From an uncultured Actinomycetota bacterium (lineage in GTDB: Bacteria > Actinomycetota > UBA4738 > HRBIN12): a stretch of 64,000 bases of DNA. The position numbers and the translations under genes were made by a program. The notes under the pieces were generated by a model. The model had not been told where the DNA came from, made no database searches, and saw only the letters and a list, made by a program, of their open reading frames with translations. Shown piece by piece: positions 35,411 to 43,320 of the stretch; positions within the stretch are counted from its first letter, which is position 1; each line of letters begins with the position of its first letter. The stretch covers positions 81,488 to 145,487 of the forward strand of contig CAVTEH010000005.1 of the NCBI GenBank assembly GCA_963733635.1. Reading direction: 5' to 3'.

Positions 35411-35942
35411 CGTGAGCTCCTTCCGCAGCCCTCAGGGCCTTCCGACCTTGGCTCGCAAGGTTGCGAACCGTCGACGGCCGGACGCGCAGGATGCCTGCCG
35501 CCTTCTCGGATGGATACCCGAGGAGGTCCACGAGAAGTAGGGCGGCCCGCTGTCGAGGCGTGAGGCCAAGCAACAGGCTTCGCACGTCGGCGCGTACCTC
35601 CGCCTCGACGAACTCATCACGCGTGTCGGGGACCGGAACGTGCCGCCGGAGCGCCATCGCCGTGCGACGGCGGCGCATCCGAAACCCGTTCAGCGCGACT
35701 CGGAAGAGGTAACCGGTGGGGTCTTCGATCTGGTCGATCGTGTCCCACCTTTCCCAGAGCTTCATGAAGGCGTCTTGGGACAGATCTTCCGCGTCCTCAC
35801 GGCTCCCTGTGACGAAGTAGAGGGCCTTGTACAAGCGTTCATGTTCTTCCTCGACGAACGCGTCGAAATGGGCCCGTGCATCGACGCGCTCGGTCTCGAA
35901 GGCCACGAACTCCCTCTCAGCTCGCACATCACATGGATGCAT
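35403..35942 (-). CDS. ECF-type sigma-70 family sigma factor
   Basis: Region 2 is LYKALYFVTGSREDAEDLSQDAFMKLWERW. Region 4 is LTPRQRAALLLVDLLGYPSEKAAGILRVRPSTVRNLASQGRKAL. The start is taken at M41 of ORF 35403-36062. Confidence 0.85.
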   Translation of the reverse strand: MHPCDVRAEREFVAFETERVDARAHFDAFVEEEHERLYKALYFVTGSREDAEDLSQDAFMKLWERWDTIDQIEDPTGYLFRVALNGFRMRRRRTAMALRRHVPVPDTRDEFVEAEVRADVRSLLLGLTPRQRAALLLVDLLGYPSEKAAGILRVRPSTVRNLASQGRKALRAAEGAHDA

Positions 35943-36014
35943 GAACGCAGGGTTCTGTCTAGGTGGCGCCTGCCTCTTCCGCCATAGGCAAGCCTCAGAC
36001 GATGACCTCATCAC

Positions 36015-36258
36015 CCGAGGAGGCTCCCTGTACACCGCGCACGAGATCGACCGCACCGGCACGGTGGTCCGCGTCTACCACCGCACCGACGCCGGATCGA
36101 GCTGGACCCACCCCGTCGGCCAGACCTATCGCTACTGGACAGAGCTGGGCCCCGATCGCCGCAAGACCGAGGGGTCCCACGGATGGGTGCAGATGCGGTG
36201 CCAGTGCCCCGTAGTACGGCCAATAGAGGGGCAGACAAGTGCCTCTGAGGCTGACTAG
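36015..36258 (+). pseudogene. start-less coding remnant (about 75 codons) of unknown family
   Basis: Frame 35827-36258 has very high third-position G+C from about 36015 (LYTAHEIDRTGTVVRVYHRTDAGSSWTHPVGQTYRYWTELGPDRRK...). There is no in-frame ATG or GTG after the sigma gene. Confidence 0.25.
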
Positions 36259-36261
36259 ACC

Positions 36262-36380
36262 CCTGAGTGTCCGACCCCGGGAGTGTCCCGCAGACCCCCC
36301 CGGGAGTGTCCCGCAGACCCCCGGGAGTGTCCCGCAGACCCCCGGGAGTGTCTCGTCGGCCTCAGATCAGGAGTCCGCTA
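36262..36380. repeat. tandem array of a 21-23 bp unit, GGGAGTGTCCCGCAGACCCCC, each with a GGGA-N3-TCCC dyad
   Basis: Core GAGTGTC occurs at 36265, 36281, 36304, 36325 and 36346, at spacings of 16, 23, 21 and 21. Three near-perfect units (36279-36343) are flanked by degenerate ones. A weaker GGAGTCCGC lies at 36370. Confidence 0.85.
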
Positions 36381-36387
36381 GGTGGGC

Positions 36388-36640
36388 ATGAGCACCATCG
36401 CCACAGTCCGCGAGATCGTCGAGCAAGAGCGAGCCCAGAACATCGACGATCACGTCACCGCCGGGCTGCTACGGGCCAGCAAGCTCAAGCCCCCACCCGG
36501 CTATTGCTGGTCGGTCCCCGCGATCCGCGAAGGCGTTTCGGCACCGAGGCGAGCACCTGGTCGAGGAAGGCTCGGCGATGCCGGGACCTTCGATGACAGT
36601 TGGGAGGGCGAGCCAGGTCAGGAGCGTCCAATCCATAAGG
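36388..36640 (+). CDS. hypothetical short ORF or gene remnant directly downstream of the repeat array
   Basis: ATG 36388 gives MSTIATVREIVEQERAQNIDDHVTAGLLRASKLKPPPGYCWSVPAIR..., with high third-position G+C for about 55 codons. The frame then degrades and the sequence runs antisense into the kinase 3' end. Confidence 0.25.
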
Positions 36641-36646
36641 AATGTC

Positions 36647-38803
36647 TTAATCAGCGGACGAACGCAGCTCGTCCGTCCACACAGGAATCCGCCCCGTGAG
36701 GGTCGCCCCTTCCCCCAGCCGGGACCGAATCTCCAACGCTCCACCGAGGGCGTCGAGCCGGTCCGTTATGCCCTGGAGTCCGGTCCCCATGGCAGTCCCG
36801 GCGGGGTCGAAGCCGGTGCCGTCGTCCGCCACGCTAAACGTAAGCCATCCCTCTTCGTCGATGAGCCGCACGGCGGCTTTGGATGCTCCCGAGTACTTCG
36901 CCACGTTCTGGAGGGCCTCCAGGCTGCAGAAGTAGACGGCGGCCTCGATCTCCTGGGGGATACCGACCCGTGCCGCTAGCCTCGACCTCGACGGGTACCG
37001 GAGCCTTTCGCGCTTGGGCCTCTATCGCAGCCGTGAGCCCCTTGTCGGCGAGGAGAGGCGGGTAGATCCCCGGGCGAGGTCCCGCAGGTTGTCGAGAGCC
37101 CCAGCGGTCTCGGTTTGCAGTTCGACGAGCATCTCAGCAGCCCGATCCGGGTCTTGACGCACGAGGTTTTCGGCAAGCCGCTGCTTGACGGCCAAAGCCA
37201 CGAGCTGCTGTTGCGCGCCGTCGTGGATGTTCCTTTCGATCTTCCGCCTCTCCTCGTCCTGGGCGGCCACGAGCCTCTGGCGTGAGGCACGCAGTTCCTC
37301 GATCAACCGGACGTTCCGCAGCACGGCGCCCGCCTGCGAGGCGAGGGCGTCGACCAGCCGTTCGCGTGCGCGATCGATTGGGTCGTTGGCTGGCATCGTC
37401 ACGGCTAGCGCGCCGAGCAGCTCGCCCTGGTGCCTGACCGGCGCGGCGTGGTCAGCGGGTATCTGGGGGAGTTGGTCTCCCTTGGCCGCGACCCGCGCTG
37501 GACCAACGGTCTGTCCCGTGGTGGCTGCGACACGGAACTCGGTTCCGATGAGCAGCCACACGGTGGCGCCCTCGGCGCGCGTCGTCTCCCCGAGGATCGC
37601 GGCCATGCGAGAAAGCACTTCCTCGCTTGCATACGTATCGCCCACACGGTGGGAGAAGATGGTCATCGCCTCGTATACGGAAGTCCGCCCCCCGTACACG
37701 AGCCGGTCGGAGATTTGCGTCGCGAGCCGACGAAGAGGCCAGAGGAGCGCCCCGGCAGCGGCGCCGATCACGACCAGTGTCGGCGGCGGCAGGTCTGCTA
37801 GGACGAAGAGCCTTCCGAGCAGGAAGGCGCCGGCTCCGGCCACCCCCAGGATGAGCACGACCAAGATGCCGTAGAGAACCGTCTTCCTGATCACGACGTC
37901 GAGGTCGTACAGGTGGTAGCGCAGGATGGCGATGGCCGAGGTTGACGGGATCCCGATGAACAGGCCGAAGATGAACGCGAAGAAGACCGCGTTCCCCAGG
38001 AAGCTGTCGTCGTCCTCGGTGACCAAACCTAAGACGGCGAAAAGAAGGTAGCTCAGGAGAAGCGCACCGAGTAGCGCCGCCAGGAACAGCAGCCATCGGA
38101 TCTGCTGGCGTTCGACGCCGCTTGCCCGCCGAAAGCGCTGGACCAGCGAGACGATCGACAACAGGGCCCCCGCCAAGACGACTAACCCGGCGATGCCTGT
38201 GATCCCAGCCACTGCGCCCTTCCACGAAAGGGGCAATCCGATCGGGTTCGGGACGGCTCCTTTTAGTTCCGCGAAGCTCTCGTCCATCGGGCCGGGCGTG
38301 AGCGCGAAGCCGACTATGTTCACCGCGTAGGCGACGAGCATCACGCGGAGGACCCACCGCCACCGATGAGAGGGTGGCTCGCCGGTCGGGAAGATCAGGA
38401 AGAGGAAGGCCAGCGGGCCGAACATAGCGACGAACCCGACCCGACCGATCCAAGCCGTCGCGCTCAGCAACGGAAGGTCGCGCTGGAGCGCAACCGTCGC
38501 AAAAGCGCCGAAGGCGAGGGCCACCGCCGCAGCGGCCCCCTCCCAGGCGAACAGCAGCCCGACGCGGTTCCCCGGCTGCCGCGACGTGATGAGCGCCCCC
38601 ACCGTCGCGTAGCCCATCACGGCGATCAAGACGAACGCGCCACCGAAGAGATCGACCTGCTCGCGCCGTAGCGTCTCGAGGAGCAAACTGGAGAGGACCA
38701 GCACCACCGTTACGCCCCAGACAGCCCTCGACCATCGCCCGCTCTCCGGACCGTGTTCCGTAACTGGACGCTCGTCTGGCTCCGTGAGCATCCCCTGCGT
38801 CAC
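36647..38803 (-). CDS. polytopic sensor histidine kinase (HisKA_3 + HATPase_c), orphan, with an out-of-frame stretch near 36950-37070
   Basis: ORF 37022-38803 has about 8 TM spans, DRLVYGGRTSVYE, a GAF-like region, RQRLVAAQDEERRKIERNIHDGAQQQLVALAVK and LRDLARG. It continues as (I)YPPLLADKGL...GRYP(Q)EIEAAVYF, then ORF 36647-36904 (FSVADDGTGFD, GTGLQGITDRLDALGG). No response regulator is adjacent. Confidence 0.85.
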
Positions 38804-38829
38804 GAGATCCCTCCCGGTACCGGTACGCG

Positions 38830-39010
38830 CTCGCGGCCGCCGTTCCCCGGTCGAGCGCGCTGTGGGCCTCTAGCTCTCTGTCGGACGCGGCGAGACGATC
38901 CGCCATGCCCTGAATCGCCGCTCCGACGCCTGGTCGGGCCCAACATCCGTCACCTCGAGCAACCGAACTCGGGCATGCCGTTCGAGAAGCCGGCGTGTCC
39001 ACACTGGACA
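38830..39010 (-). pseudogene. remnant of the 3' end of a further kinase paralog
   Basis: Minus-strand frames read ...VRLLEVTDVGPDQ... and ...GVGAAIQGMADRLAASDRELEAHSALDRGT. Compare FVVTDDGVGFD and GLQGIADRIGAIDGQLLVESAHGRGT in the intact paralogs. There is no upstream kinase body. Confidence 0.3.
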
Positions 39011-39417
39011 CTTGGCAACGACAGTTCGAGCCCCATCGGTCTCCCGCCCCATTCTGCGCGCTTATGTCGTTCTCGGAAAGTGTGCTGGGCTCTCTCCGAC
39101 GCGCGGATGGCTGGGACTGGGCATCGAACTTGGTGGTGGCCCAACGGTCCCCGTCGATTTGTCTCATTGCGGGTGGGGTTCGCGAATCCATTCGCCACGG
39201 CTTGGTTCCCTACCAGTACTGGTCTGCCCGTGCCTCGATCTCGGTGCGATCCCACAAACGCCGCTTATCCAACCAGGCGTGGGGTGGAGTCTCCCCTGGG
39301 CTTCCAGCTAGCGGCTCCGACGGCACCCATGGGGAGGCCGTAGGCCATTCTTTCGACTGGCGTGCCACAACGTCCCGGCGTAGCGTGGGGTTGCCCGCCC
39401 GAAAGAAGGGTGCCGTC

Positions 39418-39780
39418 ATGGACCAGGTCTGTCTTGTCCTACCGATCCTCCCAGGGAAGAGCGACTCCGCGAGAGCCTTCCAAGCGGAGCTCGACGGCCC
39501 TCGCAAGAGCGACTACGACACGTCCGAGCGTCGGATCGGCATCACCAAGGAGGCGTGGTTCATCGCCCAGACACCGGCTGGCGACGAGATGGTTGCCTAC
39601 ATCGAGAGCGCGGACTTCAACAAGGCGTTCTCGATGTTCGTCCAGTCGCAAGACGAGTTCGACCTTTGGTTCAAGGAGCGACTCGCTGACGCCACGGGGG
39701 TGGACCTGAACGATCCGCCCGACCTCACGCTTCCCGAGCTAGTTTCGAGGTACGAGACGGCTGACCAGACGCTGCTCGAT
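39418..39780 (+). CDS. hypothetical small cytoplasmic protein, 3' end uncertain
   Basis: ATG 39418 gives MDQVCLVLPILPGKSDSARAFQAELDGPRKSDYDTSERRIGITKEAWFIAQTPAGDEMVAYIESADFNKAFSMFVQSQDEFDLWFKERL. The listed ORF tail to 39912 overlaps the convergent Xis-like gene and looks non-coding. Confidence 0.45.
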
Positions 39781-39827
39781 CGAATCGCACTCGCCATGGC
39801 CGCGTGCCCCACCAGTGCTGGTTCGCC

Positions 39828-40010
39828 TACGTTTCGATCTCGTCCCGGCCCCACATCCGCCATCCGCTCACCAGACGTGGAGGGGGGCAGACGATTCAGC
39901 GCGTCTAGTTGATCCACCCACTGACGGCTCACTCCCAAGAACGCGGCCATGTCAGAGGCACGCATCATGCCGCTCTCGACGGCTCGGGTGATCTCGGCTG
40001 ACTCAGGCAC
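39828..40010 (-). CDS. excisionase/AlpA-like (HTH_17-type) small DNA-binding protein, one frame break
   Basis: MMRASDMAAFLGVSRQWVDQL is helix-turn-helix. After the C-run (G-run 39882-39887 on the + strand), the other frame reads PPPRLVSGWRMWGRDEIET, with the stop (cta) at 39828-39830. Confidence 0.5.
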
Positions 40011-40074
40011 CGGGCGATTGTAGGCAGCACCACGCAGTTTGCGGCCCGGAGGTGGCGAAGCGCAGGATGCGTCC

Positions 40075-41418
40075 ATGGAGATCCCCGTGACCCGCTACGC
40101 GAAGACCGCCGATGGCGTGCACATCGCGTACCAGGTCCTCGGTGACGGCCCCGTCGACTTCGTCTACATCGGTCCATGGGTCACGCACCTCGAATACCGG
40201 TGGGAGCTGCCGCAATACGCCTCGTACCTCAGGCGGCTCGCATCGTTCTCGCGGCTCATCCAGTTCGACAAGCGAGGGATGGGGATGTCTGACCCCGTCC
40301 CGGCCGATCAGCTCCCCGACCTCGAGACGCGGATGGACGACCTCCGCGCCGTGATGGATGAGGTCGGCTCAGAGCGCGCGGTGATCTACGGCGCGTCCGA
40401 GTCGGGGGCGTTGGCCCTGCTGTTCGCGGCCACGTACCCCGAACGAACCTTGGCGCTCGTGATCCACGGATCTGCCCCGTCCGGCAAGAAGGAGCCCGAG
40501 GCCCCGTGGGGATGGACGCCCGACGAGTACGCCGCCGATATCGAAGCGATCGAACGATCCTGGGGCACCGAGACCTATATCCGCGAGGCGTTCCCGTCTT
40601 CGATCGCGGACGACGAAACACTGGTCCGATGGTTCGCCGTCTTCACGCGGCGCAGTGCCAGCCCTGGAGCGGCCGTCGCTGCGTCACGGATGGAATACGA
40701 GACCGACGTCCGACACGTCCTCTCAGCGATCCACGTCCCCACGTTGATCCTCCACCGAGAGGAAGACGATCCCGAAGCCAACCGCTACATGGCCGAACAC
40801 ATCGCCGGTGCGGAGTACGTGGCGCTCCCCGGGCAGGATCACATCCCCTACCTCGGGGACCAGGACAGCGTCTTGAACGAGATCGAGGGGTTCGTGAAGG
40901 GGGTGCGCGCCGACGAGGGCTCAATGGACCGGGTGCTCGCGACCGTGCTCTTCACCGACATCGTGAACTCCACGCAGAAGGCGGCGGAGCTCGGCGACAG
41001 CAACTGGGGCGCCCTCGTCGAAGAACATCACGCGACGGTTCGGCGATTGCTCGCGCGCTACCGCGGCACCGAGGTCGACACGGCAGGTGACGGCTTCTTC
41101 GCGACGTTCGACGGACCGGCGCGCGCGATCCGATGCGCGCAGTCGATCCGAGACGCCGTGACGCGGCTCGGGCTGGAGGTGCGGGCCGGGCTCCACACGG
41201 GCGAGTGCGAGATGATCGACGGCAAGGTCGGCGGCATGGCCGTCGTCATCGGCGCGCGGGTCGGCTCGAACGCTGGCCCATCAGAGGTGCTCGTCTCGCA
41301 GACCGTGAAGGACCTTGTCGCGGGGTCGGGCCTCGTGTTCGAGGACGCCGGCGAGCATGAATTGAAAGGCGTCCCAGACCGCTGGCGTCTCTATCGAGTG
41401 GCTAGCTCGACCACCTGA
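40075..41418 (+). CDS. alpha/beta-hydrolase + class III adenylyl/guanylyl cyclase fusion (LipJ/Rv1900c-like architecture)
   Basis: The N-terminal half has YQVLGDGPVDFVYI...FDKRGMGMSDP...YGASESGALA. The C-terminal half has LATVLFTDIVNSTQKAAELGD, GTEVDTAGDGFFATFDG, GLHTGECE and GMAVVIGARV. The gene is intact. Confidence 0.8.
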   Translation: MEIPVTRYAKTADGVHIAYQVLGDGPVDFVYIGPWVTHLEYRWELPQYASYLRRLASFSRLIQFDKRGMGMSDPVPADQLPDLETRMDDLRAVMDEVGSERAVIYGASESGALALLFAATYPERTLALVIHGSAPSGKKEPEAPWGWTPDEYAADIEAIERSWGTETYIREAFPSSIADDETLVRWFAVFTRRSASPGAAVAASRMEYETDVRHVLSAIHVPTLILHREEDDPEANRYMAEHIAGAEYVALPGQDHIPYLGDQDSVLNEIEGFVKGVRADEGSMDRVLATVLFTDIVNSTQKAAELGDSNWGALVEEHHATVRRLLARYRGTEVDTAGDGFFATFDGPARAIRCAQSIRDAVTRLGLEVRAGLHTGECEMIDGKVGGMAVVIGARVGSNAGPSEVLVSQTVKDLVAGSGLVFEDAGEHELKGVPDRWRLYRVASSTT

Positions 41419-41448
41419 GCCTCACCCCGATAGGTCACTGGTCGCCGC

Positions 41449-41551
41449 TACGCTGGGCCATGCTCCCCATCCTCGTCCAACACCTGCCCCGTGACCGTGA
41501 GCGGCTGGGTGTCAGCTAGGGCCACATGGCCTGGCTGCTCGGAATCACCCC
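41449..41551 (+). pseudogene. copy A of the promoter + 5' end of the XRE-like HTH gene, with an in-frame TAG
   Basis: TACGCT (41449-41454) lies 5 nt before ATG 41460. By my hand alignment, 67 of 80 positions are identical to 42328-42407. There is a TAG at 41517-19, and similarity is lost after about 41551. Confidence 0.7.
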
Positions 41552-41611
41552 AGTTGGCCGCCTAGGCCATGGGCAGTTGGGCCGGAGGGGCGATGATCCC
41601 GGATGCGCCGA

Positions 41612-42127
41612 CTACTCCCCGCTGCCCTCGCCCTCGCCCTCTCCTTCGCCCTCGCCCTCTCCTTCGCCGCCTCCGCAATCGTGCACCCAGAACGTCTTGT
41701 GCTTGGTGTCGGCACCGATCGACCCCTGGGCGTGGACGGTGAGCTTGACGTGGATTCCTTGCTGGACGTCGACTCCGCTCGAGGCGATCGGGTCAGTCAG
41801 GTCCACCGTGATCGTGGCGTCGTGGTCATTGGCTCCTCCGGCCTCGTCGTCGCCGATGCCTTCCGAGCCCATGTACAACTCGCCGCTACCGGACGGCGCA
41901 TGCAGCTCCAGGACCGCCGTACCCGTGTAGGGGCCATCGTCGAAGCCGAAGAACCCGATGTATACCGTGCATCCGACGTGCGGCTCGTTGCCTCCTGTGA
42001 AGTCGGGGGAACCTCCCACTTTCACGGTTCCGTTGTTGCCAGGCGGGTCCCCGCCCCAGGCTGCTGCCGCTGTGACGGTCAGCAGGCTGAGCGCACCCAC
42101 GACGACGATCATCGGACGAAGTCTCAT
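41612..42127 (-). CDS. secreted hypothetical protein with a C-terminal (Gly-Glu)n tail
   Basis: GGAGG lies 7 nt before the ATG (42127). The signal peptide is MRLRPMIVVVGALSLLTVTAAAAWG. The body has GNNGTVKVGG...NEPHVGCTVYIGFFGFDD, and the tail is GGGEGEGEGEGEGEGEGSGE, encoded by a (GCCCTC)-type hexanucleotide run at 41615-41674. Confidence 0.65.
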   Translation of the reverse strand: MRLRPMIVVVGALSLLTVTAAAAWGGDPPGNNGTVKVGGSPDFTGGNEPHVGCTVYIGFFGFDDGPYTGTAVLELHAPSGSGELYMGSEGIGDDEAGGANDHDATITVDLTDPIASSGVDVQQGIHVKLTVHAQGSIGADTKHKTFWVHDCGGGEGEGEGEGEGEGEGSGE

Positions 42128-42315
42128 CCCCATCCCTCCGTTCGGCCCACCGAGCGAGGTCGGTAAGCCCAACGCACGACTTCGATTACTGACTCATCGG
42201 CACCTGGCACCCAGCTTGGACAGGAGCCTTTCGACTAACTCTCCAAAGGATGGGTGAAGCCGAACCGACTAACCGCCACGCGCCGTGTGGCTGAGCGAAC
42301 GTCGGGCCACCGACC

Positions 42316-42513
42316 TAACCTGGCCTTGTGCTTCCCATCCTCGTTCAGCACCTACTCCGTGACCGGGAGCGGTTGGGGGTCTCCGAGGGTCACATGGCCT
42401 GGCTGCTGGAGATCTCGCGCCCGGAGTACCGGGAGCTGGAAGCCGGCAGGCTCAACATCAGCAACGACCTGTACGAGCGAATCGTCGAGCTGTGCGGGTG
42501 GCTGCCTCAATGA
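42316..42513 (+). CDS. small XRE-like helix-turn-helix protein (61 aa), probably leaderless (copy B, intact)
   Basis: TAACCT (42316-42321) lies 6 nt before GTG 42328. The product is MLPILVQHLLRDRERLGVSEGHMAWLLEISRPEYRELEAGRLNISNDLYERIVELCGWLPQ. Confidence 0.7.
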
Positions 42514-42706
42514 AGGGGAAACGCCAGCACGCGCGCGGCCTCGACCCGAGCTGACGATCTTAGGCGTCTCCGTTCTGCATCGAGTCGGCGATTCCAGCAG
42601 CACCTCGCGCTCGGACTCCTCCGCGGCCCTGATCGCGACCATCTGATCGTCGTCGACTAGCTCTCGATCGTGTCGGTCCGACAGATCGCGGAAGTAGCCG
42701 TCGAAG

Positions 42707-43210
42707 CTACGGCATCCCCGTCGCTTCCTTGGCCTTCCACAGTGCCCGATCCAGTTCGCGGAGGGACACCCCATTGATGCTGGCGATCCGGAGGCACTCG
42801 GCGAGATAGCCGGGCCACCTAGCACGCCAACTCTTCGGTTGTGGGTCCCCTAACATTCCGTGGGCGCGAAGGGTCGCCCAAGCCTGCGTGTCCATGACCG
42901 TGAATCGTTCAGGTCTGAAGACGGCCAGGATGGCACTGCCGGTCCGTGGTTGCACGCCTCTCAGGCCGAGCAGTCGGTCCATTGCCGAGGCCGGGTCTTC
43001 GATGTCGAGAGCTGACCGGACCGTTCGCGTCACAACCCTCGGAGCGTTGGTGTCGAAGTGTCGGATGCTCCGGGGGCTCTTCCAGTGGTACACCCTTCGC
43101 ACATCCCGGTGAGTCGGCCTTTCCTTCGCGAAAAGGGATTCGACGCGACCCTCATCATAGTTACCGTAGGCCGCCCCCCACGCATCGATCCACGCCCGCG
43201 TGATCGTCAT
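42707..43210 (-). CDS. hypothetical protein (167 aa) co-directional with and downstream of the recombinase
   Basis: GAGGAGG lies 6 nt before ATG 43210 (MTITRAWIDAWGAAYGNYDEGRVESLF...WKSPRSIRHF...RTGSAILAVFRPERFTVMDTQAWATL...). It loosely recalls helix-hairpin-helix / OGG-fold small proteins, from memory only. Confidence 0.5.
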   Translation of the reverse strand: MTITRAWIDAWGAAYGNYDEGRVESLFAKERPTHRDVRRVYHWKSPRSIRHFDTNAPRVVTRTVRSALDIEDPASAMDRLLGLRGVQPRTGSAILAVFRPERFTVMDTQAWATLRAHGMLGDPQPKSWRARWPGYLAECLRIASINGVSLRELDRALWKAKEATGMP

Positions 43211-43320
43211 GGCCCACCTCCTCTCGAACACACATCAGCCCTAGGCGGGACCTGCTCATGTCGGTTGGCTCACGTGACGATGGCAGGGCTCTGCACAGAG
43301 CAAGACCAGTGAGACTTGCG

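Noticed and set aside
36262-36380. The tandem repeat considered as a CRISPR array, or as a coding PPGVSRR repeat (ORF 36267-36596).
   Set aside because: The units are contiguous with no unique spacers and no cas genes nearby. The translated repeat sits in an ORF with no start context, and its codon usage collapses after the array.
42352-42825. A 157-aa minus-strand ORF overlapping the XRE-like HTH gene.
   Set aside because: It is antisense to a well-formed HTH ORF that has its own promoter. Its translation has low-complexity composition and it has no ribosome-binding site.
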